A stretch of DNA of 64,000 nucleotides from Bacilli bacterium (GTDB lineage: Bacteria > Bacillota_I > Bacilli_A > RF39 > UBA660), in the NCBI GenBank assembly GCA_017398945.1, contig JAFQES010000030.1:28586-92585 (forward strand), in the 5' to 3' direction. The notes under the pieces were generated by a model, which ran no database searches, was not told the origin of the DNA, and saw nothing but the letters and a program-made list of their open reading frames with translations. Within the stretch, counting starts at the first letter, position 1. Every line of letters starts with the position of its first letter. Below, in pieces: positions 39,700-49,208 of the stretch. The position numbers were made by a program, and so were the translations under genes.

Positions 39700-40640
39700 G
39701 TTTTTTTTGGTAAAAATACTTTTTATAATAGATTTAATAATGATTTTATATGGCTTATGATAAAAATGGCAAATTTTATATATTTTTTCTTTGCTTGGAA
39801 ATTTTTCTGTAGTTATATATTTATCATATATTTTAATAATTCCATAATTTTTCTCGCTAGGTAAATGGAGAATATCAATTTGATTGTATTTATAATTAGT
39901 TGATATTAAATAAAAATCTTCAGTCCAAAATCTTTATATATAAGCACCTGCATTTTTTACTGATTTTTTTAAATTATAAGCTGCTATTGATAAAATTAAT
40001 TCATCGCCTTTAGTTGTAACAAATTTGTTTTTTACCATTTTGTTATAAATTTTACATTCTTCGATAAAAATAGTACTATTTTGTTTGTTAGCTGCAAAAA
40101 ATTCCCCTCCAAAGTGGGTAATATAACAACTAATATTTAAAAATTTTTGAGTTTCAGATACGAATGATTTATAATCATTAACTTGTAATCCATGATTTAT
40201 ATCGTAGAGCATAATATTATTCATACATTCTAACCAAATATTATCAAAAGAATTTTGGACAATAACGTCAGCATCCATATATATATAATTATCATAGTTG
40301 TATTTTTTTACTAATTTTTCTAATGCACATAATTTATAGAATGCTAATGCCCATTTAGGGTTATCAGGGAATTTAAAAGAATCAAAATCTTCTTTAAAAA
40401 TTAAAATATTGTTCTTTTTTTATATATTTGTATAATTTTCGCTTAAATTTGTATTAGTAACTAAAGCGACATCACAATTTTTATTATATTTTTTTGCTGA
40501 TATTAAAGCGACGCAAGACGCAAATATTTTTGCTATAAATATCTACTTGATTTTTTTATCTACATTTACGCCGGTATTTAAATTTTCTAAAAAAGCAAAT
40601 GGAACAAATATAATATTTTTATTTTTTTTCATTATTTTAC
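39700..40640 (-). pseudogene. Frameshifted glycosyltransferase-like gene, broken into at least 3 frames
   Basis: N-terminal fragment MKKNKNIIFVPFAFLENLNTGVNVDKKIK* (40639 downward), a 114-aa middle piece with a DADVIV (DxD-like) motif (39934..40278), and a C-terminal piece continuing in another frame to about 39700. Confidence 0.5.
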
Positions 40641-40729
40641 CTCACTTGTAGTAATTATAAAAATAAATTTATAGTAGTCAATAGCTTTTAGATGAGATAT
40701 AATGGGTATATAGTAAGGAGTGGAAAAAT

Positions 40730-41761
40730 ATGAAAAAGAAAATATTATTTGTATTAGTATTATTATTACTTTGTTGTGGGTGTGGTAATGGTAATGAAAA
40801 TACTAATCTAAAAAAGCAAACAAATAAACAAGAAGAAGTAAAAAATAAAGAAGAAGTTAAAACTAAAAAAGTTACTATTGTTGATTTAGATAGTAATGAA
40901 AGGCCAATTGCAGTTATGATAAACACTCATAAAGAAGCAAGACCACAAGTTGGTTTATCTGATGCGATCATTGTCTATGAACTTATGGTAGAAGGTGGAA
41001 TTACCAGAATGATGGCTTTATACAACCGAGCTTTTGATGAAGAAAAGATCGGGTCTATTAGAAGTTCAAGACATAATTACTTGGATTATGTGTTAGAAAA
41101 TGATGCTATTTATATTCACTGGGGTGGGTCTGATGTAGCTTATGATCATTTGAAAAAACTTGGTATTGATCGTATTGATGGAATGGTTTATGGTAATAAA
41201 TACTTTACTACTGATTCTGGTTTGGATAGATCAATAGAACATACAAGATTTTCATCAAGTGATCTAATTAAGAAGGCTATTAAAGATAAAAAATTTAGAA
41301 CTACAACAGATAAAGGGTATTTACTTAACTATACAGCGGAAGAAGTAGATTTATCTAAAAAGGAAGATGCTACAGTTGCTAATAATGTTACAATTAAATA
41401 TTCTAGTTATCAAACTGTTTCTTATAAATATAATGCTGAAGAAAAAGTTTATTATAGAAATATGAGTGGTGAAAAGCATATTGATCTAGTTACTGGTGAA
41501 CAATATCATTTTAAAAATATAATTGCTTATGATGTTCAATATAATAGTTATGAAGGTACTAAACTAAGAGATTTACAAAATATTGGTTCTGGTACAGGAG
41601 TATATATCACTAATGGCTATAGCATACCTATTAAATGGACTAAAGATAGTAGAGAAGGACAAACTAAATATACATATATGGATGGAACAGAAATAGATGT
41701 ATCTGATGGTAATACGTTTATTCAAATTTATCCAAAAGATGGTAGTTTAAAAGTTAGTTAA
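40730..41761 (+). CDS. Lipoprotein of the YerB/DUF3048 type
   Basis: Lipobox LLLLCCGCG. RPIAVMINTHKEARPQVGLSDAIIVYELMVEGGITRMMALY resembles the DUF3048 N-domain. Confidence 0.6.
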   Translation: MKKKILFVLVLLLLCCGCGNGNENTNLKKQTNKQEEVKNKEEVKTKKVTIVDLDSNERPIAVMINTHKEARPQVGLSDAIIVYELMVEGGITRMMALYNRAFDEEKIGSIRSSRHNYLDYVLENDAIYIHWGGSDVAYDHLKKLGIDRIDGMVYGNKYFTTDSGLDRSIEHTRFSSSDLIKKAIKDKKFRTTTDKGYLLNYTAEEVDLSKKEDATVANNVTIKYSSYQTVSYKYNAEEKVYYRNMSGEKHIDLVTGEQYHFKNIIAYDVQYNSYEGTKLRDLQNIGSGTGVYITNGYSIPIKWTKDSREGQTKYTYMDGTEIDVSDGNTFIQIYPKDGSLKVS

Positions 41762-41766
41762 TCTAA

Positions 41767-41801
41767 AAAGTGAAGAAATGAAGTTTTTCTTCACTTTTTT
41801 T
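41767..41801 (+). terminator. Rho-independent terminator
   Basis: aaagtgaagaaa tgaag tttcttcacttt followed by T6. Confidence 0.7.
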
Positions 41802-41847
41802 ATATTTTATGGTATTATAATTTTCCGATTAAAGGGGTTTTGTTTAT

Positions 41848-42819
41848 ATGGAAAAAAATAATACTATAAATAAACTAAAAGGTGTATTAGAAAGTTCAAC
41901 AATGACTACTTATTTAAGAAGTCTTTCATCTGATGCAGAAAGATTAAATTGGCTTCAAAAAGCTTTATATTTTTTAATTTCTACTAGAGATTATGATGAA
42001 GTATTTTTATATTTATTAAATAGTAATGATTTGACTTTTCCAGTGGGGTATATGAATAACAAGGAGATTTTAGAAAGAGATATTCAAACAATATTTAAAA
42101 GGAATTATTTAAGAGATGGATTTTTATATCATGGTACTTCTAATGTACATAACAATAGTATTTTAGAACAAGGTTTAATTCCGTTATCTTTTAGATATGG
42201 CCAAGAATTGTTAGATGATGTAATCAAAATAAATTTGTTATGTAAACAAATTTCATTAAATACTTTAAAATATACTCAAGGAAAAGTTAGGCTGAGTGAG
42301 AATATGCCATTAGATTTTCTAAATGATAGAATAAATAAAGTGTTTTTAACTGCTGATATTTCACAAGCTTTTCACTATTGTTCTCTTAATAATAATTGGT
42401 TTAGGGATTTTATTGAAAATTTAATATTATTTATTGGTGGCGAAGCTAGTGGACTTTATTATGAAGAAAAAAACACCTTATTAAATCAAGTAATAACTAC
42501 TTTAAATCATTCTAAAGCGATAATCAGTGCTAATGAAAAAAAAGTATTTATTGAAAAATATTATAACAAGAATGAGGTGATAGCAAAAGCAGTTACAAAT
42601 TCTTTAGTAATTGTAAAAAATGATATTAATTTAAACGAATCTTTTGTTGATGTATTAGTTAATTTTAATGATAAAACTAGAGGAATTAATTATGTTTTAA
42701 ATCAAATTAATTATCAAGATATTTATACATCGAAAGTGGCTCCTCAAGATTTAGCAATTTTAAGTTTTAATAAAGATCAATCATTATCGTTGACAATTGG
42801 AAAAAAAGGGATGTTTTAA
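41848..42819 (+). CDS. ADP-ribosyltransferase-fold protein, H-Y-E class (PARP / Tpt1-KptA-like)
   Basis: FLYHGTSNVHNNSILEQGLIP parallels PARP [21 protein letters not shown] and Tpt1 LYHGT...SIL..GL. KVFLTADISQAFHYC parallels the PARP Y-x10-Y-C segment GIYFADMVSKSANYC. A possible catalytic acid lies in GLYYEEKN. Confidence 0.5.
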   Translation: MEKNNTINKLKGVLESSTMTTYLRSLSSDAERLNWLQKALYFLISTRDYDEVFLYLLNSNDLTFPVGYMNNKEILERDIQTIFKRNYLRDGFLYHGTSNVHNNSILEQGLIPLSFRYGQELLDDVIKINLLCKQISLNTLKYTQGKVRLSENMPLDFLNDRINKVFLTADISQAFHYCSLNNNWFRDFIENLILFIGGEASGLYYEEKNTLLNQVITTLNHSKAIISANEKKVFIEKYYNKNEVIAKAVTNSLVIVKNDINLNESFVDVLVNFNDKTRGINYVLNQINYQDIYTSKVAPQDLAILSFNKDQSLSLTIGKKGMF

Positions 42820-43043
42820 GTGGCAAAGAAAAAATTGTAGATACAAATTGTACAGAAGAAGAGTTTTTTATGAATTATTATCGTCTAACTGATTGCTTAA
42901 GAACTTTTGAGTTTGAAGCCACTTTAAATAATTGATTAATGTTATTAAACAATAATCTTAAAGATAAGTTAGATGATATTAAAACTGAGATAATTAAAGA
43001 AATAGATGCAAGAAAATAATTAAGTTAAAATAGGAGGATTTTT

Positions 43044-44840
43044 ATGGATTATATTAAGTTATTAAAAGAGATGTTAGAATTTAAAATAGATATTGATAAA
43101 ATTATGAAAAATTATGCTAATTATTTTTCGTTTTTATTAATCGATGAAAAAAATCAGCAAGAATTAGAGCAAAAAATTGCTTTATATTTAGTTCAAAATG
43201 AAATCTTTAATGAAGTAAAAATACATAAGACTTTTTTTCAATTATACTGTATGTATGCTAAAAATAAATTAGAAAAAGAAAAGAAAACATTAGAAGATTT
43301 ATTATTAGAAAATCCTGATTTAGAATATAACGAATATTTTAATCGTTTAGCCAAAAATTTAAATATTGAGATTACGATAAAAAAAACATGTGAAAATAAT
43401 GAATTGCCTTTCACTAAAACTTATATGGATTCTAATTCGACGGATACTATTACATTATTAAGAAATTGTACTAGTATTCAAATAAACTATGTAAAAAGTC
43501 ATCTTTTAACTGATGAATTAAATATTCTTATAAAAAAATTTGGAAAGCAATTAGATAGCCAAAATGAAATATCCTCCAAGGAAGAAACTATTTTAAAAAC
43601 ACAAATAATACCTAAAATAGATAAAATGATTAAACGCTATGCAGGGTATTATTATTATGATCAAATTTTTGCGGATCAAAAAAATCCATATAAAATGTTT
43701 GGGGCTTTTTACAGTTTAGATAATCATTATAAAAGATTGCTATTAGATTGCTATGGAAAAGAGTTAGAACTACCTATTGATGGTGTAAGTAAAGAAAATG
43801 AGCAAGAATTAAAAAAATTGGTTATTCCATATTTAAGAAATTATAATACTAAAGTGACTTATTACAGAAGGTTTGCTTTGTATCAAGAACTTATTAATTC
43901 GAATAAAGGTTATATTATTTCTATGTTACCTCAAGGATATATTGAAGTGTTAAAGTTGGCGGTGGATAATACTGATAAGATTTTTAGCACTTGTTCTGCG
44001 GATTTTGATATTAAAACATTAACAAGAGGGGTAAAGGCTTTGTTAGAATTATTATTAACTTCAGAAGAATTTTCTTTATTGGATTTACACTTGGGATTTT
44101 CTAGTAATCATACTTATACTTTTTCGGAAATAAGCAAGTTGTGTAATTTATCTGAATCCAAAATAGAAAGTATGTATGATGAAATAATAGTCAAATTGAG
44201 ATTATCACCACATTTAATAAGGGTTTTTAATATGTTGAATAAAAATAGAAATAATACTTTAAATTTTTCTGAACAGGAAGAACAATGTGTTAATAATCAT
44301 TTAGCTAAGACTAATTTTTATGGTTTTTTTACAAAGGATGAAATGAAATTATTACAAGATGCTTTCTTTAAGTTAACATTAGAAGAAATAGAATTTGTAA
44401 ATAAAATATTTAAAGGGGGATTATCCGAAAGTATTAGTTTGAAGACATTATCAACTTCTGAACAACATACTTTAGAATTAATTATTAATAAAACAAAGTC
44501 AAATATTAGTTGCTTTTTAGAGGATGAATGTGAACATAAAATCTTATATAATAATATTTTTAAAATTTGTTCTTTTATTTATTGTGAACCTTTTTATGAA
44601 GATTTGGTTTGTGAATTGTCAAGGGAGCAAATTCAAATATTAAATTTATTTATGGAATTTGATCAAATAAATGAGACAAGTTTAAAGCTAGTTGCTAAAA
44701 AATCAAATATGTCTTATTCACAAATTTGTGTTACTTTAAGAACAATTTTAGAAAGTATGAATCAAGTTTTTGAAAGAGTAAGTAAGAAAAATATTATTGT
44801 CCGTACTTTATTAGAAAAAAATCGTTTTAATAATTTATAA
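43044..44840 (+). CDS. Hypothetical protein with at least 3 tandem sigma-70 region-4-like HTH repeats
   Basis: Repeats RLLLDCYGKELELPIDGVSKENEQELKK. LTSEEFSLLDLHLGF...TFSEISKLCNLSESKIESMYDEIIVKLR. LSREQIQILNLFMEFDQINETSLKLVAKKSNMSYSQICVTLRTILESM. Confidence 0.5.
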   Translation: MDYIKLLKEMLEFKIDIDKIMKNYANYFSFLLIDEKNQQELEQKIALYLVQNEIFNEVKIHKTFFQLYCMYAKNKLEKEKKTLEDLLLENPDLEYNEYFNRLAKNLNIEITIKKTCENNELPFTKTYMDSNSTDTITLLRNCTSIQINYVKSHLLTDELNILIKKFGKQLDSQNEISSKEETILKTQIIPKIDKMIKRYAGYYYYDQIFADQKNPYKMFGAFYSLDNHYKRLLLDCYGKELELPIDGVSKENEQELKKLVIPYLRNYNTKVTYYRRFALYQELINSNKGYIISMLPQGYIEVLKLAVDNTDKIFSTCSADFDIKTLTRGVKALLELLLTSEEFSLLDLHLGFSSNHTYTFSEISKLCNLSESKIESMYDEIIVKLRLSPHLIRVFNMLNKNRNNTLNFSEQEEQCVNNHLAKTNFYGFFTKDEMKLLQDAFFKLTLEEIEFVNKIFKGGLSESISLKTLSTSEQHTLELIINKTKSNISCFLEDECEHKILYNNIFKICSFIYCEPFYEDLVCELSREQIQILNLFMEFDQINETSLKLVAKKSNMSYSQICVTLRTILESMNQVFERVSKKNIIVRTLLEKNRFNNL

Positions 44841-45197
44841 ACATGATATAACATTTATATTTAGGTGGGTGTTGTATGAACAAAATAGTATTAAAAAAAT
44901 TAAAAAAATTTAGTAAAGAGGTAATAGATTTAGACTTAATAAATAGTTTATTTAAAAGTGAAATAAACATATCTGAAGAGGATATAAAAAAACGAAAGTA
45001 AAAATGAAAAAGCTAAGCAAAATAGCTATCAATATTTATTTGTAACATTTAATATAACTGATGATAAATCAAAGGAAGTTTTAAAAGATAGAATAAAATT
45101 ACTTCCAAAACAAAACAGGGATTTATTAAAAAAGATTTATGGTGTTGAATTAGATCAGGCCCAAAATCTAAAAGATTTATCACAAAAAGAAATAAAT

Positions 45198-46061
45198 ATG
45201 TTTTATAGTTCAATTATTCCTAAACTAAAACAAATTTTCTATACATATTCAAAGTTCTATTATATGTTTAATATTACTGATGAAACTGAAAAAGTAGAAT
45301 TACTAGCAACGCTTGATAGTAAGTTATCAAAAGATTATTTAGTTATTTTGAAAAAAATATATGGTGAAGATTTAAATAGTGATTTTAACAGTGATTTTAT
45401 TTCTGAGGAAGAATATTGTTTATTTAAAGTAGCTATTTTAAAAAGCATAACTAAAATGCTTAATTATAAAAATGTAAAACCTGATAATAAATATCAATAT
45501 TTCTTTAAAATATTTGGGCGAGATGAAAAAACCAAAAGAGAAGTTAAAGCTATTTTAAATTATTTTGATAAAAAGAATTTAAATATTTTGACTAATTTAT
45601 ATGGAAGTAGTCTAGAAGACGAGTTAGATATTTCCAAGATTAAAAGTGATGAATATTATATTTTTGTGAGAACTATTGTTCCAAAAATATTTAAAATGTT
45701 GAATTTATATCATGAAAATGCGACAGCGTTAGTTGTAAATAAAGAAACTGAAAAAGCAGTAGATCAATCTGAAAAAATATCAGCGTTTATGTTAGATATA
45801 TACAAAAATCCCTTGTTTTTACAGTTAGCTAAATTGTTGCCTGAAAAAGATTGTATTATTTGGGTATTATATTGGGGATTAGATGTCAAAAAACTTACTG
45901 TTGAGGAAATTTCTAATTTAAAAACAATTAACATGATTGAAAGCGAAATTATAAATTCATTGAAAAAATCTGCTAAATTAATTAATTCTACAATAACTCA
46001 TTTAAATGAAATAATTAATTTTGAATCAATAATAAAATTAGTTAGAAAAGACCCAAGTTAA
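45198..46061 (+). CDS. Hypothetical protein of tandem sigma-70 region-4-like HTH repeats (paralog of 43044..44840); N-terminal repeat may lie upstream without a start codon
   Basis: Repeats LSKDYLVILKKIYGEDL..., LNILTNLYGSSLEDELD..., LPEKDCIIWVLYWGLDVKKLTVEEISNLKTINMIESEIINSLKK. An in-frame upstream segment (45057-45197) encodes LPKQNRDLLKKIYGVELD but has no ATG/GTG/TTG. Confidence 0.5.
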   Translation: MFYSSIIPKLKQIFYTYSKFYYMFNITDETEKVELLATLDSKLSKDYLVILKKIYGEDLNSDFNSDFISEEEYCLFKVAILKSITKMLNYKNVKPDNKYQYFFKIFGRDEKTKREVKAILNYFDKKNLNILTNLYGSSLEDELDISKIKSDEYYIFVRTIVPKIFKMLNLYHENATALVVNKETEKAVDQSEKISAFMLDIYKNPLFLQLAKLLPEKDCIIWVLYWGLDVKKLTVEEISNLKTINMIESEIINSLKKSAKLINSTITHLNEIINFESIIKLVRKDPS

Positions 46062-46086
46062 AAAGCGTTTTAAAAAACGCTTTTTA
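46061..46086. terminator. Bidirectional rho-independent terminator
   Basis: aaaagcgtttt aaa aaacgcttttt. Confidence 0.65.
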
Positions 46087-46698
46087 ATATTGTTTTATTT
46101 TCCATACATCATTTGTTTTCTCAAATATGATGAAGTTGTTATTTAAAGATGTTAAATAATAGTTTTTTTCATATGCTAGGGGAATTAATTCTTCTTGGCT
46201 ATCTAATGAGAAAATGGAGTTAGAAAAAACATTTCTTGGGCCATAATTTTCATTAGTATCTTTAATTATGCAATTTACAAATTCATTATTTAAAGTAGAG
46301 GTGTTTAAAAGGGTATTAATTATTTCAGGAGAAAAATAAATAGTTAATAAATCTTTTTGGATTTTTTGGCAAGATAGCTTTAAATCATTTAGTTTAACAT
46401 CTACATATGGACTTAATAAATTTTCTCCTTTAATAAGTTCATTTGCTTCATTGTAAGTGGTTAATATTTTACTAAATTCCGTTTTCTTTTCTAATTCTTT
46501 TGCTTCAATAGCTTTTTTTAAATCTTCATCACAATTTAATTTTAATATATGATTTTCTTGATAATTAAACCAATTATGAATTGGTCCAAAATATTTGTCG
46601 TATGCAATATATATTGATAAGCTTAAAAGTAATAGACAAAGAATAATTATAATAATATTGTATCTTAATTTGGTTAATTTCTTAGCTTTTTTGTTCAT
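46084..46698 (-). CDS. Hypothetical membrane-anchored protein (N-terminal TM)
   Basis: IIIIILCLLLLSLSIYIAY TM segment. Confidence 0.5.
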   Translation of the reverse strand: MNKKAKKLTKLRYNIIIIILCLLLLSLSIYIAYDKYFGPIHNWFNYQENHILKLNCDEDLKKAIEAKELEKKTEFSKILTTYNEANELIKGENLLSPYVDVKLNDLKLSCQKIQKDLLTIYFSPEIINTLLNTSTLNNEFVNCIIKDTNENYGPRNVFSNSIFSLDSQEELIPLAYEKNYYLTSLNNNFIIFEKTNDVWKIKQY

Positions 46699-46833
46699 TT
46701 ATTATCACCATTATAAATTATAACATTATTAATGGAAAAACAATTAATATTTTTACATTAATTTACAAAAAAGTGCAAATTGAATTTACTAAAATTTTTG
46801 TTTAATATATAATTAAAATAGTGGGTGATTGTG

Positions 46834-47280
46834 ATGACAGATAATTTATTACAACAATATTTAGAAGATTATAAAATAATATTAACCAATGTTTTAAACA
46901 CAATAAATCATCGTGTTTTTTCTGCTACAAAAAGATTTAATGAAGAAGAATTAGTTTTAATGGAACAAGATAGTTATGTGGTAAATGGAAAGGTATTAGA
47001 TGATTTAAATCGAATAAACTATGAAACGCAAAAAATTATTACATATTTAAATGATAACATTGAGCTTGATATTGAATCAGTTCGATTTTGTAAAAGTTGT
47101 TTAGAAGAAATAAAAAAAATGATAAATGACAATAATTTAAATGGCGCCAAACAAATATTAACTATAGTACAGGTTGTTTTAGGGTTTACAACCAGTTTTT
47201 ATAGTGTTTTTTTAGATATAGCAAAAGTGTTAAATAATATGAAACTTGCTAGGAAGAAAAAAGGTGATGTTAATGAGTAA
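46834..47280 (+). CDS. Hypothetical protein
   Basis: ATG 46834 after AGTGGGTGA. Its stop overlaps the next gene's start. Confidence 0.45.
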   Translation: MTDNLLQQYLEDYKIILTNVLNTINHRVFSATKRFNEEELVLMEQDSYVVNGKVLDDLNRINYETQKIITYLNDNIELDIESVRFCKSCLEEIKKMINDNNLNGAKQILTIVQVVLGFTTSFYSVFLDIAKVLNNMKLARKKKGDVNE

Positions 47281-49198
47281 TTTAAAAAACTTTTTTATAT
47301 TTTTAAATCAATTAGAGAAAACATATACGACTCAATTAAAAGACATAGATAATAAAATAGATAAATTAAAAAGTGATATAGTTAATTTTGAAAATAATTT
47401 ATCTAATCCTTCAAAGTTTATAAGAAATATGAGAGCGCTTATTTATGATTATGATATTAAAAATTTTGATCAGGATTATATTGAACATGAAATAAAAAAT
47501 ACAGTTGGTTTTAACTATGAAACACGAGCATTTAAACCTTTGAATATGGAATTATCTTTAGTATTAAAAGATTTTAAAAGACAAAGAAAAAGTATAAAGG
47601 GCTCACTAGCTGATATTTCTAAACTAAAAGTTTGTTTTAATGAAAATGCATTTTTAGTGAGTCAATTAGATTCTAATTGTTTCAAAATAGTTCAAGAAGT
47701 TTTAGGATTAATGAATATAAAAGATGTAGCTAAAACATTACAATATTTAACGATATATAATACAAGATTAATGCAAAAATCTTTGGAAGATGTTATAGAA
47801 GAACAAAAAACATCATCTTTACAAAAAGTTGTTGGAGCTGATAAAACAGTCGAAGAAAAAGTAATTATACCTAAAATTGGAAAAAAAGTTATTGATGTTT
47901 CAGGTAATAAGACGATTACTGAAGCTCAAAATATAATTTCTGCTAATCAAGAATTTGTAATGGTAATAAATGAAGAAGAAAAAGATTGCTATGAATTAAT
48001 AGTAGAAGAGGAAGAATATATATTTAATTTGGCTGTTAATAATATTTCTAATTTAAAAGTATCTATAATGGTATTAACTAATTTAGTAAATAAAGCTATT
48101 TCAATTGGTTTAACAAATGAGTTAGAAAATTTAATAGCCGATGTTATAGATTCATATAAGTCGCTAAAAGAAGTTGTAAAAAAAGAGGAAGAGGAAAGCC
48201 TTAAACAAAAAGCATTAGAAGATAAGTTTAAGCAAGAAAAGAAAAAATTGGAAGACTTAGAATCAGATAAAATTGAAAAAATATTAATTGAAGAACAAGA
48301 TTTTTTAGAATCTTTAAATGATTACGAAAAATCCTATAATGAAAATATTGCTAATTTTAGTAGTAATGATTGGAACTATATTGAATCTTTAGATGCTTTA
48401 AATGCTGCTTATCATATTACAACTGAATCTAATTCTGTTGTATATGGTCAATGTTTACAATTAATTAAAATAAGTGATAATTTAACTGAAGATAATTATT
48501 TAAAATATTATAGTTTAAAACAAATATTAGATTTAAAATCTAGTTTAGATGAGATTGAAGATAGTCATAATTTAACCATAGTTATTTCTGATTTAAAACA
48601 AGTAGTTCGCAATTATGAAGAAAATTTAAGGGTAGAAGTCCCAAAAATTGAAGAACAAAAAGATAGTCATAATTTAGTAGTTTATTTACAAGATAATAAT
48701 CAAACTTTGATAGAAGATTTTATTTTTAATGATAAAATTACTTCAAAAAATATTAATTTAAGTCATATAAATGGGATATCTTATTTAATTAAAATATTAA
48801 AAGATAGTGGTATAGATGCTATTCAAAAAAATTCTACTAAAGCTAAGGGCGATAATTTAACTGATGGTGAATTAAGAATTATTCATTCTGGAAGTGTTTA
48901 TTTAGCATTTAAATATTTTAGTAAAATTTATAATGGAGATGTTGTACCAATTATAACAATTATATCTGCAGGAATTAAATTAGGTGATGATAAGAGATTT
49001 TTTGATTATATAAATGAATCAACTACTTTAACAACATTAGATAACTTTGAAAGTACTGTTTTACCTACAATATTTGATGGTAGAAGGTTAGAAGATATAA
49101 AAAGGGAATTTCTATCGTTAGAACAACAAATGTTAAGTAATTTAACAAGCTATGTAAATAATGGCCATAGAAAAAATGGTAATTTAAATATAGGATAG
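47273..49198 (+). CDS. Hypothetical large coiled-coil-rich protein
   Basis: ATG 47273 overlaps the previous stop (ATGAGTAA). Glu/Lys-rich predicted coiled-coil stretches. Confidence 0.5.
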   Translation: MSNLKNFFIFLNQLEKTYTTQLKDIDNKIDKLKSDIVNFENNLSNPSKFIRNMRALIYDYDIKNFDQDYIEHEIKNTVGFNYETRAFKPLNMELSLVLKDFKRQRKSIKGSLADISKLKVCFNENAFLVSQLDSNCFKIVQEVLGLMNIKDVAKTLQYLTIYNTRLMQKSLEDVIEEQKTSSLQKVVGADKTVEEKVIIPKIGKKVIDVSGNKTITEAQNIISANQEFVMVINEEEKDCYELIVEEEEYIFNLAVNNISNLKVSIMVLTNLVNKAISIGLTNELENLIADVIDSYKSLKEVVKKEEEESLKQKALEDKFKQEKKKLEDLESDKIEKILIEEQDFLESLNDYEKSYNENIANFSSNDWNYIESLDALNAAYHITTESNSVVYGQCLQLIKISDNLTEDNYLKYYSLKQILDLKSSLDEIEDSHNLTIVISDLKQVVRNYEENLRVEVPKIEEQKDSHNLVVYLQDNNQTLIEDFIFNDKITSKNINLSHINGISYLIKILKDSGIDAIQKNSTKAKGDNLTDGELRIIHSGSVYLAFKYFSKIYNGDVVPIITIISAGIKLGDDKRFFDYINESTTLTTLDNFESTVLPTIFDGRRLEDIKREFLSLEQQMLSNLTSYVNNGHRKNGNLNIG

Positions 49199-49208
49199 AG
49201 GTGAAAAA

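Noticed and set aside
40678-40926. 82-aa minus-strand ORF
   Set aside because: It is antisense to the lipoprotein gene start and RBS and has a low-complexity product.
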